Source: an uncultured Pseudomonadales bacterium (GTDB taxonomy: Bacteria; Patescibacteriota; Microgenomatia; UBA1400; UBA1396). From it: DNA of 64,000 nucleotides. Below the pieces are notes generated by a model. The model was given only the letters and a program-made list of their open reading frames with translations, made no database searches and was not told the origin of the DNA. The position numbers were made by a program, and so were the translations under genes. Numbering within the stretch: the first letter of the stretch is position 1; each line of letters starts with the position of its first letter. Positions 1-8,988 of the stretch are shown here, in pieces. Location of the stretch: assembly GCA_964511175.1 (NCBI GenBank), contig CAZEEI010000002.1:132382-196381 (forward strand). The letters run 5' to 3'.

Positions 1-1231
1 TCTACAAACACTTAAAGGTTTTCGTGATTTTCTGCCGGCCGAAAAGTCGCGCCGCGATTGGGTACAGCGCCGCATTGTGGAAGTGTTTGAACGTAATGGC
101 TTTGCTCCCTTGGAAACGCCCACTCTCGAGTATAAAGAGACAATTATGGGTAAATATGGTGACGAGGCTGACCAATTGGTTTACCAGTTTACCGATAGGG
201 GTGGCCGGGAAATAGCCCTACGCTATGATCAAACGGTACCCACCGCGCGGGTGGTAGCCCAGTATAACCAGGAGTTGCCTTTCCCTTTCCGTCGTTACCA
301 AGTACAGCCGGTTTTTCGGGCAGACAAACCACAGAAGGGGCGTTACCGCGAATTTACCCAATGCGACATCGATATTTTTGGCAGCACTTCTCCGTTGGCC
401 GACGCTGAGATTTTAGCTACCACTTATTTTGCTTATAAAAATGTTGGTTTTCCGGAAGTGGTTTTGCGTTGTAACGATCGACAAGTATTGTTTGCAACGC
501 TGGAACCGCTGGCAACCGAGCAAGTGTCGGTGGCTTCCATAATTCAAACGGTCGACAAGTCAGATAAGCTCAGTGAAGCTGACGTCGCCGCGGAGTTGGT
601 GGCAAAGGGTCTCACTGCCGACCAAGCCAAGCGGGTCTTGGCCGACATCCAAGCCGCCGCACCCAGCGCTAATTTGCAGGCGATTCTTGATTTAGCGCAA
701 AACCTGGGTGTGCCGCGCGCCGCTCTCCAGTTTACCCCCACAATCGCGCGGGGCCTGGACTACTATACCGGTATGATTTTTGAAGTGACAATTCCTGGTT
801 TTACCGCTGGTTCGGTAGGTGGCGGCGGCCGTTACGACAACTTAATTGAATCACTGTCCGGTCTATCGATCGCCGCGGTAGGGATTGGCTTTGGTTTTGA
901 CCGCACCGTGGAAGCTGCTCAAGCTCTTGGTTTGACTCCCGAAGCGGCTACTACTACCGAAGTTTTGGTAACCGTTTTTGCGTCGGATTTAGTCGCTGAT
1001 TCGGCCGCTTTGACTGCCCAGTTGCGCCAAGAAGGAGTGAATGCTGAACTTTATCCCGGCACCGACAAACTGGCCAAACAGTTGCGCTATGCCAATAAGA
1101 AGGGGATTCCTTTTGTAGCCGTGTTGGGTCCAGACGAAAAAGAGCAAGATAAACTCCAACTCAAAGATTTGCGTTCGGGCGAGCAACGGATTGTGTCCGC
1201 CAGCGAAGTAGCGGTTATCGTGCGCACTTAA
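1..1231 (+). CDS. hisS: histidyl-tRNA synthetase (5' truncated at window edge)
   Basis: The open frame extends upstream to nt 2 (LQTLKGFRDFLPAEKSRRDWVQRRIVEVFERNG...), which is a classic HisRS N-terminal region. Class II aaRS motifs and a C-terminal anticodon-binding domain are present; the listed ORF 77..1231 is the GTG-internal part of it. Confidence 0.9.
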   Translation, partial: LQTLKGFRDFLPAEKSRRDWVQRRIVEVFERNGFAPLETPTLEYKETIMGKYGDEADQLVYQFTDRGGREIALRYDQTVPTARVVAQYNQELPFPFRRYQVQPVFRADKPQKGRYREFTQCDIDIFGSTSPLADAEILATTYFAYKNVGFPEVVLRCNDRQVLFATLEPLATEQVSVASIIQTVDKSDKLSEADVAAELVAKGLTADQAKRVLADIQAAAPSANLQAILDLAQNLGVPRAALQFTPTIARGLDYYTGMIFEVTIPGFTAGSVGGGGRYDNLIESLSGLSIAAVGIGFGFDRTVEAAQALGLTPEAATTTEVLVTVFASDLVADSAALTAQLRQEGVNAELYPGTDKLAKQLRYANKKGIPFVAVLGPDEKEQDKLQLKDLRSGEQRIVSASEVAVIVRT

Positions 1232-1250
1232 TTAGTGTTAGATTATACAC

Positions 1251-1592
1251 ATGGGAGAAACACTCGATTTCAGGAATCTTTTTCTACAAGAAGAAATAAA
1301 GAATGATGCCGGTGCTTGGCGGGTTCTTACGGAAATTGGCCAAGCCTTTGCTAACGATGCTTTTACTGCGGAAAAAACACCACGGGAATGGCTACAGTGG
1401 TTAATTAAAAATATTAGGCAGGACTGGGTCGATGCCCGTTCGAAAGGAGGGGATAAGGAAGAGTTTATTGCCGATTATGTAACCGAAATGGCGGAAAAAT
1501 TTTCCCGAGCGAAAGGACGCGTACCAGTCACCCGTGATTCTCTTGAGCTAGCGGTAAGAACGATTGTTTATCAGGTTCCTAAAACGAAATAG
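1251..1592 (+). CDS. hypothetical protein (113 aa)
   Basis: Intact ORF with protein-like composition and no motif I recognise. A TATACA -10-like hexamer sits immediately upstream of the ATG. Confidence 0.5.
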   Translation: MGETLDFRNLFLQEEIKNDAGAWRVLTEIGQAFANDAFTAEKTPREWLQWLIKNIRQDWVDARSKGGDKEEFIADYVTEMAEKFSRAKGRVPVTRDSLELAVRTIVYQVPKTK

Positions 1593-1916
1593 CTAGCGCT
1601 TACCTTCCCCGATTGGGGCACGTGCTTTCTTCATTGCGCGCTTCAGCTGTTTAACTTCTTTACCATAATCATCGGCAATAACGAAATTAACGAGGGCTAA
1701 CACCCGAATTAAACCACGCATGAAACGTACATCAATTCGCCTATTTCCTTCCGTTTCAGCAGTGTACGCCGCAAAAAGCCTGAGGAAATAGGAACCTTCA
1801 TTAAATGCCGCCAGCCTCTTTGGATTGATGCCTTCTACATCAGGATTCCTACTCATCAGACTAATCATTTCTCGCGATTTTTGTAAAGCTCTGAGCATAC
1901 CACTCCTTTCGATCAT
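1593..1916 (-). CDS. hypothetical protein (107 aa)
   Basis: ORF whose stop abuts the stop of the 1251..1592 gene with zero gap (convergent). Its start overlaps the upstream minus-strand gene by 4 nt, suggesting translational coupling. Confidence 0.5.
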   Translation of the reverse strand: MIERSGMLRALQKSREMISLMSRNPDVEGINPKRLAAFNEGSYFLRLFAAYTAETEGNRRIDVRFMRGLIRVLALVNFVIADDYGKEVKQLKRAMKKARAPIGEGKR

Positions 1917-2920
1917 GATACCCGATTTTTACGCCGAAGGTACTCCACCATTTTTTGTTCATCCGCTCGAATGGCGGCATATACCGCCGGTGGCAAAGAT
2001 TGGTTAGGATCTCTGGCCGCAAAACCAGGGGTACCACGGTGCGCCTGTAAGATAGAACGGTTAGCAAATACCACTGGATCAAAACCAAATTGCCACGCAA
2101 CCGTACCTTGGTCATCTCTAATCCCGGAAAAAACGGCAGCATAAGCTAATCCTTTAATCGCCATGCAGGGATTAAATTTACCTTTTTCGCTCGTTGATAG
2201 TGGCGCTTTACGTCGTGCCTCTAAAAGCCGAATCACTTCACTCATTGGTCTGACTGAAAGCGCTAGTTTGCGTAACTCTGCCTGTTCCTGAGGTTGTAAG
2301 TAAGGATGGCGAGCCAGATAGTCTTCAATGCGTTGCTGCCTGTTTTCTAGCGGTAATAACTGGTAACGACCATCTGCCGATTCGGCAAACGTATGATCGG
2401 CGGCGTTAACTTCGGTGAAGAAACATCTGGCGATATCATTGTAGGCTCGTTGGCTATCCGCGTGAATCCGGTGCAAAATATCGGGTAATTCTGGGTTCAT
2501 TAGAGTATTGATTCCCTGCACAAGGGCGTACGTCACTCGGTCGCCATCCGATACTCTGGTAAAGAGTGCTTGAAACTCTGGTGTATTTTCCAGTGAGGCA
2601 AAAACTTCATGCTGCAAAATGGTAGTAATCAGCTGGGCGCGTGGTTCGGATTCTACAACCCTTAATTCGGGGCGCCGGCGCACTTCGGAGTAGGGAATTT
2701 GTTGAGCCAGATCTTTAGCGGTATAGCCGATTATTTGGAGATGTAAGTTTCTTGGTTGGGAAGCGATAAATTTTTCTGGTTCGGTGCGTGAGTATTGCCA
2801 GCCAACCAATATTTCCTTGATATCCGGATTGGTTAAGTAATATTCGGCGGCGTTGGCAGCCGTGCTGAGCGCCGCGTGCAAAAGTTCCGCGGGTACGGTG
2901 GTGATTGTTGGGGGTGTCAC
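1913..2920 (-). CDS. hypothetical protein (335 aa), GTG start
   Basis: Long ORF with a globular-looking sequence. It shares a 4-nt overlap with the downstream gene. The start is a GTG and an in-frame TGA lies 9 codons upstream. Confidence 0.55.
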   Translation of the reverse strand: MTPPTITTVPAELLHAALSTAANAAEYYLTNPDIKEILVGWQYSRTEPEKFIASQPRNLHLQIIGYTAKDLAQQIPYSEVRRRPELRVVESEPRAQLITTILQHEVFASLENTPEFQALFTRVSDGDRVTYALVQGINTLMNPELPDILHRIHADSQRAYNDIARCFFTEVNAADHTFAESADGRYQLLPLENRQQRIEDYLARHPYLQPQEQAELRKLALSVRPMSEVIRLLEARRKAPLSTSEKGKFNPCMAIKGLAYAAVFSGIRDDQGTVAWQFGFDPVVFANRSILQAHRGTPGFAARDPNQSLPPAVYAAIRADEQKMVEYLRRKNRVS

Positions 2921-3140
2921 TTTTATCTTGTTTGTCTGGAATAACCATCATGTGATGCTCTGTACTCGGAAAGATATTCGGTTTTACTAATACATCACCA
3001 GACTGATGGGAAAAACGTACCAAATAGCTGGCTCTGGCATCTTCGATCAGAGAGGTGGGTTTACCGTTTGGAGGGTAGAGCGTATCCAAGGGAGCGCGGG
3101 CTACGGCGGTGAAAAGGATGGCTTTTTTTTCGGGAGACAT
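2715..3140 (-). CDS. hypothetical ORF; only the N-terminal ~73 codons (3140..2921) look coding; possible frameshifted fusion with 1913..2920
   Basis: The N-terminal part is protein-like. The C-terminal 68 codons overlap the 335-aa gene in another frame and are Arg-rich, which looks like off-frame translation. This suggests a +1 junction near 2920. Confidence 0.25.
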   Translation of the reverse strand: MSPEKKAILFTAVARAPLDTLYPPNGKPTSLIEDARASYLVRFSHQSGDVLVKPNIFPSTEHHMMVIPDKQDKSDTPNNHHRTRGTFARGAQHGCQRRRILLNQSGYQGNIGWLAILTHRTRKIYRFPTKKLTSPNNRLYR

Positions 3141-3152
3141 TGGTTAAAATTA

Positions 3153-3629
3153 CTAATCGAAGATGATTTTAGTTAAAAGGAGAGTAGTTTGACCGCGTTT
3201 GGCCAGATAAGTCTGATCCTCCGGTGATAAAACAAAATTTAGCCGAGGATAGGTGCCGTATTCCCGTAATAACTGGGAATCAAGTTGAGTAAATTGATAA
3301 ATTCGAACCTCAGAACAATTTATTTTAGAGACAGTCTTGGCTTGTGTTAGCTGTAATACACCGTATTGTTGGCCGGCGATTAATCCATCCCGTGGAGTGC
3401 AGCAAGTCATAAGCGGCCTATCTTCTGGTTTGTTGGTAAGCAATGCATCCAAATCCCTTTTGATAAGGGGCGGATCAGTGACTTCACCTGCGGCAAACCT
3501 AACCGGTTGGTAGGATTCGTGACGAGGCGTTATTAGGTGATATAGCGCCCTCTTACGATTGGCGCCATGATCCTGGTCAGGTGATTCTCCGCTTCTTAAT
3601 CTTTCGAAAGCTCTTTTTATAAAGGCCAT
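3153..3629 (-). CDS. hypothetical protein (158 aa)
   Basis: ORF directly downstream (same strand) of tRNA-Pro; no recognisable motifs. Confidence 0.5.
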   Translation of the reverse strand: MAFIKRAFERLRSGESPDQDHGANRKRALYHLITPRHESYQPVRFAAGEVTDPPLIKRDLDALLTNKPEDRPLMTCCTPRDGLIAGQQYGVLQLTQAKTVSKINCSEVRIYQFTQLDSQLLREYGTYPRLNFVLSPEDQTYLAKRGQTTLLLTKIIFD

Positions 3630-3666
3630 ACTATCTCCTTACGTTACGCCGGCATTGTAGCATTTG

Positions 3667-3740
3667 TCGGGAAGACTGGACTCGAACCAGCGACCTCGCG
3701 GTCCCAAACCGCGCGCTCTAGCCATCTGAGCTACTTCCCG
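3667..3740 (-). tRNA. tRNA-Pro (anticodon TGG)
   Basis: The reverse complement folds as a cloverleaf: acceptor CGGGAAG/CTTCCCG, D-arm GCTC..GAGC, anticodon stem CGCGG/CCGCG with loop TTTGGGA (anticodon TGG, G37), T-arm GCTGG TTCGAGT CCAGT, discriminator A. CCA is not encoded. Confidence 0.9.
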
Positions 3741-3756
3741 TATTAGGCTACCAGGT

Positions 3757-3764
3757 ATTATAAT
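3757..3764. promoter_or_regulatory. palindromic -10 element ATTATAAT, shared by divergent tRNA-Pro and the leaderless 3771 gene
   Basis: TATAAT reads identically on both strands. It lies 7 nt upstream of the ATG at 3771 and about 17 nt upstream of the tRNA 5' end on the minus strand. Confidence 0.35.
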
Positions 3765-3770
3765 CGGTCA

Positions 3771-4361
3771 ATGCAACTTTCCCAAGTCGACAATATTGAG
3801 TTCGCCCTTTTAGGTTGGTCGGACCTCGACCGGCTGACCAAAAAGCTTAGCCAGGCGGTTTTGGCCAGCGGGCATCATTACGACCGCCTCGTTCCTTTGG
3901 CGAACGGCGGTTTAACGATGGTTCGCCATCTGGCCGATCGATTGGGTTTGCTCACAATTTCAACCATGCAGGTGGCTTTGTACCGGGGTGTAAATGAGCG
4001 GCATTCTCAACCAAAAGTGATTCAACCGTTATCGGTTTCGGTCAAAGGGGAGTCAATTTTGATTGTGGAAGATATTGTGGATACCGGTGCAACCCTGGAA
4101 TATACGCTGGCCGAACTTAAGCGTTTAGGAGCTAAGGAGGTACATACCGCCGCACTGATCCGCAAGTCACACGCCAGCGTTTTGCCGGAGTATGCCGCCT
4201 TGTTATTGGATCGTTGGGTCATTTTTCCTTACGAAACCCGCGAAACTATTACTTATTTGGCCGCCCGCTGGCAGAAACAAGGTTTGACGTCGGCACAAAC
4301 TGCTATTAATTTGCAAAAGATTGGCTATGGTGCTGGCGAGATTAAGCGTTATGCCTGCTAG
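3771..4361 (+). CDS. purine phosphoribosyltransferase (Gpt/XGPRT-like type I PRTase)
   Basis: PRPP-binding motif ILIVEDIVDTGATL, an LANGG loop, and a C-terminal DRWVIFPYE like the Gpt W-x-x-PW-E tail. Confidence 0.75.
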   Translation: MQLSQVDNIEFALLGWSDLDRLTKKLSQAVLASGHHYDRLVPLANGGLTMVRHLADRLGLLTISTMQVALYRGVNERHSQPKVIQPLSVSVKGESILIVEDIVDTGATLEYTLAELKRLGAKEVHTAALIRKSHASVLPEYAALLLDRWVIFPYETRETITYLAARWQKQGLTSAQTAINLQKIGYGAGEIKRYAC

Positions 4362-4773
4362 AACAAAGCCCGCCAGAAAACTGACTTCATCCCTATTTTG
4401 GTTGGGCGTTTTTATTTTTTGGGTCATCTTCTTTTTTCCGCACTGGTACGTTTTGAGTTACACCAAAATTTGGGAATTAAAACAACTAATGGGGCGGTCG
4501 CGCGAACAACAAATGCGAATTTTACATCCGGCCGCTATGGCGCGGTTGTTAACTTTGCGGCAAGAATTGGGCGCCTACTCTGTACCGGAAGTGGTAGTGG
4601 TGCTGCCAACGGATTCCAGCAAATTGCCACTGGCGGGTAATGCGCCCATTTTGCGGTCGGTGCTGTATCCTTATGTAGTAGTGCCGACCGCCGTTGCTGG
4701 TCTGGTTAACGTTCGGTTGCGCGCTTGTGATTCACTGACCATCCCCGATCCTTGTTGGGAGATTACGCCATGA
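4351..4773 (+). CDS. small membrane-anchored hypothetical protein
   Basis: The ATG at 4351 overlaps the gpt-like stop by 11 nt. Hydrophobic N-terminal segment FWLGVFIFWVIFFF. The listed ORF began at an upstream TTG. Confidence 0.4.
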   Translation: MPARTKPARKLTSSLFWLGVFIFWVIFFFPHWYVLSYTKIWELKQLMGRSREQQMRILHPAAMARLLTLRQELGAYSVPEVVVVLPTDSSKLPLAGNAPILRSVLYPYVVVPTAVAGLVNVRLRACDSLTIPDPCWEITP

Positions 4774-6125
4774 TCATCACCTTGTACTGGTTAACGCTTT
4801 GGCTTTATCTGGGGCTGGCTTTGCTTTGGCGCTGGCGTGGCGCTTTGCACTTGCGTGATATTTCTCTGGCTTTGCCGCTCGGTTTGTCGGTTAATACTTT
4901 GGGTGGTCTTTTGCTTTGGCTGGGGGGCATTGATTTGGCAACCATCACGCGTTGGAGTCAGATAGGCTTGGTATTGGTGTTGACCTACGTTGTGAGTGAT
5001 CGTTTACCACTGCGTAGTTTTCCAGTGCGAGTTGGCTTTAACGATGTTTACCGGCGATCACAGCAAATAATCCACCAGTTGGTTAATTGGCCGCTAGCTT
5101 GGCTAGTAGGTATGGTGATCTTTTCCCTAGCAGTGGTCTTAATTTGGCAGGGGACAGTTGAGCCGGTAACTTGGGACAATCTCTCTCTTTATGACTGGCG
5201 CGCCCAGCGGCTAGCTCAAGGTTGGCAGGTGAGTGATTTTTTGGTGCAGTTTAATGATCAACCGTCTTGGGCGATGTATGACTTTTTACATCCTCTCCTA
5301 CCCTCCATTATCGGCGCTTTTGTTTACCAAAGTGGTGGTATTCGAGTGCCGCTGATTAGCGCGGTTCTACTACTATGTGTCTTAAGCGAAGTTGGCAAAA
5401 CCTGGCGATCTTGGGCTGCCAGAATAGTTTTTGGTGTTTTGTCACTGGGCTCACCTTTGTTTTTTAAGGCCGCAGTTGAGGGCTATGGCGTTTGGTGGGC
5501 CGTGCTATTTTGGTGGTTATTTTTCCTTTTCGTCTGGCGACATTCTTTACATTACCGCTGGGAGCAACTGGTGGCTGGATTTTTCTTAGCGGCGGCCGTG
5601 CAGTCGCGTTTAAGCGAGCCTTATTGGATTATCGTAGTTATTTGGTTGCTAGGTCGTTATCACTGGCTAACAACCCTACCGGTAATATTTTCTTTTGTTA
5701 ACTGGCAAGTGTTGGTACGTTTGGCCGCACGTTTTACCAGCGGCCAGGTAGTGCGTTCGACTTATAGTGCAACTTGGTTGACGGTGCTGTTGAGTAATTT
5801 ATCACCAACCTTGGTAGGTGTCCTCTTCATTGATGGTCTCCTGCACAATCCGGTTCTGCCCTATTTTTTGGGAGTAGGCTTACTGGCTTTCTGGTTGCGA
5901 CAAGCCCAGGCTTGGTCGGCGTCACTGCGTACCTGTTTGGTACTGATTATTAGTTGGGGCATTATTTTACTGGGGGGAATGGCCGCTTTTTGGGCGCGTA
6001 ATCCGTCTACTTGGTCGGAGGTAGTGTTGGCTTTGCCGCGCGCCGTTTTACCATTGGCCGCCCTCTGCGTGGTTTTTATTACAGCGGCAGTAGACCGATT
6101 ATTCGGATCTGAAGTCCAAGCCTAA
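4770..6125 (+). CDS. polytopic integral membrane protein (about 451 aa), possibly a glycan polymerase or membrane glycosyltransferase
   Basis: ATGA overlap with the previous gene. More than 10 predicted TM helices, rich in W/L/G. It sits at the head of the glycan locus. Confidence 0.6.
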   Translation: MIITLYWLTLWLYLGLALLWRWRGALHLRDISLALPLGLSVNTLGGLLLWLGGIDLATITRWSQIGLVLVLTYVVSDRLPLRSFPVRVGFNDVYRRSQQIIHQLVNWPLAWLVGMVIFSLAVVLIWQGTVEPVTWDNLSLYDWRAQRLAQGWQVSDFLVQFNDQPSWAMYDFLHPLLPSIIGAFVYQSGGIRVPLISAVLLLCVLSEVGKTWRSWAARIVFGVLSLGSPLFFKAAVEGYGVWWAVLFWWLFFLFVWRHSLHYRWEQLVAGFFLAAAVQSRLSEPYWIIVVIWLLGRYHWLTTLPVIFSFVNWQVLVRLAARFTSGQVVRSTYSATWLTVLLSNLSPTLVGVLFIDGLLHNPVLPYFLGVGLLAFWLRQAQAWSASLRTCLVLIISWGIILLGGMAAFWARNPSTWSEVVLALPRAVLPLAALCVVFITAAVDRLFGSEVQA

Positions 6126-6174
6126 TTAGCTGCTAACTTGCACCTTGATATTTATTTGGTAAACTGGCGCCAAG

Positions 6175-6516
6175 ATGTTTATCTTCCAGGTGGCCATGGC
6201 GCTCTTTGCTTTTTTTATGGTTTATGTTTTGCGCATCCATTATCGCCAGCATCATCTTGCGGCAACCGAGTTTGGTGCTTGGGTAATGATCTGGTTCGGT
6301 TTTGTGATGTTGGCTTTATTTCCGGGGACAATGCGCGGCATCGCCGACTCACTTCATATCGGTCGGGTTTTCGATTTACTAGTAATCATCGCCTTCATGA
6401 TTTTAGCGGTGGCCGTATTTTTCACGCGTCTAACCGTATTGGAACTGCGTCATAAATTTGAGCTGCTGATTCGTCGGGAAGCAATTACTCAGGCTATATT
6501 ACCGGAACAACGATGA
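6175..6516 (+). CDS. DUF2304-family small membrane protein
   Basis: About 113 aa with two or three TM segments and the ...GIADSLHIGRVFDLL... core typical of DUF2304. It overlaps the GT2 gene start, which is the usual DUF2304-GT2 pairing. Confidence 0.7.
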   Translation: MFIFQVAMALFAFFMVYVLRIHYRQHHLAATEFGAWVMIWFGFVMLALFPGTMRGIADSLHIGRVFDLLVIIAFMILAVAVFFTRLTVLELRHKFELLIRREAITQAILPEQR

Positions 6517-7295
6517 AACTTCCCCGTATTTCGCTAATTACACCCAGCTATAACCAAGGCCGGTTTATCCGCCAAACTATCGACAGTGTACTAAAACAAA
6601 ATTATCCAGGTTTGGAATACTGGGTACAGGATGGTGGCTCCAGCGACGAGACACTAGAGGTTCTACGTTCCTATGGTTCTCGGGTGCAATGGGTTAGCCG
6701 CTGTGACCGCGGCCAAACCGATGCTATTAATCAGGGAATTAAGCAAACTAAGGGTGATATCGTGGGTTATCTTAACGCCGACGATCTACTTTTGCCCAAC
6801 GCGTTGTGGCGGGTGGCAATGGCTTTCACTCAGAACCCAACAGCCCAGTGGTTAACCGGCGACTACCGGATTATCAATGAAAATCAGCGTTTGATTGAAC
6901 AACCGCTGGTGGTTTATAAACAATGGCAGCGGCAGTTAGGTAAAACTTGGCCTCGCTGGTGGCCGGTTATTTTAGGGTTTAATAATCCGTTAGCGCAGCC
7001 CAGCACTTTTTGGCGCCGCTTGGTTCACCAGCGACTTGGCTATCTGGACGAGTCCTATCATTACGTTATGGATTACGATTGGTGGTGGCGGTTACTAAAA
7101 TTAGGATCGCCGCTGGTTCTTACGGAAGCACTGAGTGCTTTTCGGGTTCACGCTCAATCCAAAGGCGGCCAATATTTTCGCCGCCAATTCGCCGAACAAG
7201 AACAATGTGCGGCCAAACATGGTGTACCAGATATGATTCGCCGCGCCCAAGCTTGGCATAATCAATTAATTTGTGCCGTTTATGCGCGCCGGTAA
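6513..7295 (+). CDS. glycosyltransferase family 2
   Basis: N-terminal ISLITPSYNQGRFI...QDGGSSDET...DAINQG...NADD, the GT-A DXD fold signature. Confidence 0.85.
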   Translation: MKLPRISLITPSYNQGRFIRQTIDSVLKQNYPGLEYWVQDGGSSDETLEVLRSYGSRVQWVSRCDRGQTDAINQGIKQTKGDIVGYLNADDLLLPNALWRVAMAFTQNPTAQWLTGDYRIINENQRLIEQPLVVYKQWQRQLGKTWPRWWPVILGFNNPLAQPSTFWRRLVHQRLGYLDESYHYVMDYDWWWRLLKLGSPLVLTEALSAFRVHAQSKGGQYFRRQFAEQEQCAAKHGVPDMIRRAQAWHNQLICAVYARR

Positions 7296-8221
7296 GCGGC
7301 AATGGTTCGTTTCAGTCCAAGTTCAAAAGGCGTTTTAGCCTGGAAACCAAAAGCTTGCTGGGCGCGGGAAGGGTCTACCTGTCGCTGGGGTTGGCCGTCC
7401 GGGCGACTGGTGTCAAAAACCAAACGTCCGGTATAACCCACTAGTCTAGCAATGGTTTGGGCTAGATCAGAAATAGTAATGGCGTGATTGGCGCCAAGAT
7501 TAACCGGTTGAGGGTTGTTATAGTGCTGCACGGCTAAAGCAATGCCACGTGCAGCATCGGCCACATAAAGAAATTCGCGAGTAGCGCGGCCAGTGCCCCA
7601 AATGGTCACACTGGGTTGAGACTGTTGTTTAGCCTCCGCCAATTTACGGATTAAAGCTGGAATAACGTGCGAGTTTTGGGGATCAGACTTATCGCCTGGT
7701 CCATAAATATTGGTCGGCAAGAGATAAATAAAATTAAGGCCATATTGTGTTCGCGCCGCTTGCCCGTGTACCAACAACATTTTTTTAGCTAAGCCATAGG
7801 CGGCGTTAGTTTCTTCCGGATAACCACTCCACAAATCATCTTCGCGAAAGGGTACGGGTGTAAATTTGGGATAAGCGCAAATTGTGCCAATACCAATAAA
7901 TTTGCTAACTTTAGCCAAACGAGCCGCTTCAACTAAATGACTGCCCATAAGGATATTGTCATAGAACAAATCGGCCGGATAAAGCTGGTTATAGCCAATA
8001 CCACCCACATTCGCCGCCAGGTGGATGACTAGATCAACGCCGTCGACCGCGGCCTGACAAGCCGCAAATTGGCGCAAATCATATTTTTGCGAAGTAGGTA
8101 ATCGTAATTCCCGAGGGTGTAGTGAACGCAGTAATTTAACCAGGTGCTGGCCCAAGAAACCATGGCCACCCGTGACCAAGACGCGTTGTTTTTGCCAATA
8201 CCGAGATGACAGGGCGAACAT
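7280..8221 (-). CDS. fcl: GDP-L-fucose synthase (GDP-4-keto-6-deoxymannose 3,5-epimerase/4-reductase)
   Basis: Rossmann motif VLVTGGHGFLG, plus YPADLFYDN, NSHVIPALIRK and WGTGRATREFLYVAD, which closely parallel the E. coli Fcl motifs. Confidence 0.8.
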   Translation of the reverse strand: MFALSSRYWQKQRVLVTGGHGFLGQHLVKLLRSLHPRELRLPTSQKYDLRQFAACQAAVDGVDLVIHLAANVGGIGYNQLYPADLFYDNILMGSHLVEAARLAKVSKFIGIGTICAYPKFTPVPFREDDLWSGYPEETNAAYGLAKKMLLVHGQAARTQYGLNFIYLLPTNIYGPGDKSDPQNSHVIPALIRKLAEAKQQSQPSVTIWGTGRATREFLYVADAARGIALAVQHYNNPQPVNLGANHAITISDLAQTIARLVGYTGRLVFDTSRPDGQPQRQVDPSRAQQAFGFQAKTPFELGLKRTIAAYRRA

Positions 8222-8256
8222 TGGGTATTAGTATACTGCTCAACAGGAAAATTAAT

Positions 8257-8988
8257 ATGTCTTTACGTGCTAACCAGCCGGATGGCCGACAACACTACTT
8301 AACCAGTCAATACGATTCGCGTTTGCAGTGGTTGTCTTATTGGGAGCAGATTGAAGCGGTATGCCGCTTTCTGCCCCAAAAGCGGGGGCGTATTTTAGAG
8401 ATAGGTCCAGGTAACAGGACAGTATCTGGTTATCTGCGTAAAGAAGGCTATCACGTTACCACGGTTGATGCCGATCCCGTTCTTCAACCAGATGTGGTGG
8501 CGGATGTCACCACCTTACCTAATTTGGGCAATTTTGATTTGGTACTTTGCTGTCAGGTTTTAGAGCACCTACCGTTTTCTGAGTTTGAGACCGCTCTCAG
8601 CAACTTGGCCAGGATGCTGCGGCCGGGTGGTCGTTTGATTCTCAGCTTGCCTTATTCTTGTTTCTACTTAACCTGGAGCTGGAGTTGGTTCTACGCCAGT
8701 ATTTTTCGACCCTTATACCAAATGTTAGGCTGGGAGCCATTGGCCTCCCAAACCATCCAGTTGCGTATTCCTTGGTTTTTCTTACGTCATCCTTCAACTA
8801 AGGCGCACTTTTGGGAGGTGGGTCAACGGGGTTACTCCAAGGCGCTTGTTCGTCGTAAGTTAAGCCGCTATTTTATTTGGCGTTACGAAAAACACCAACC
8901 GCTTTATCCTTACCATTGGTACTTGATAGCCGATAAATCGCGGCCGATAAAAACAGATTGGGATCGGAATTGGTTATGGCTGGGTTAA
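8257..8988 (+). CDS. class I SAM-dependent methyltransferase
   Basis: Motif I ILEIGPGNRTVSGYL, an acidic motif II (TTVDAD), and the post-I VLEHL. Confidence 0.7.
   Translation: MSLRANQPDGRQHYLTSQYDSRLQWLSYWEQIEAVCRFLPQKRGRILEIGPGNRTVSGYLRKEGYHVTTVDADPVLQPDVVADVTTLPNLGNFDLVLCCQVLEHLPFSEFETALSNLARMLRPGGRLILSLPYSCFYLTWSWSWFYASIFRPLYQMLGWEPLASQTIQLRIPWFFLRHPSTKAHFWEVGQRGYSKALVRRKLSRYFIWRYEKHQPLYPYHWYLIADKSRPIKTDWDRNWLWLG

Noticed and set aside
24-215. 63-aa ORF at the window start
   Set aside because: It lies in a different frame entirely inside the hisS coding region, which in fact extends to nt 2, and its composition is not protein-like.
544-1186. Antisense ORFs 544..741 and 989..1186 inside hisS
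   Set aside because: Shadow ORFs on the opposite strand of a well-supported aaRS gene.
4300-4440. GC-rich segment followed by TTTTTATTTTTT after the gpt-like gene as a terminator
   Set aside because: There is no clean inverted repeat, and the segment lies within the coding region of the 4351..4773 ORF.
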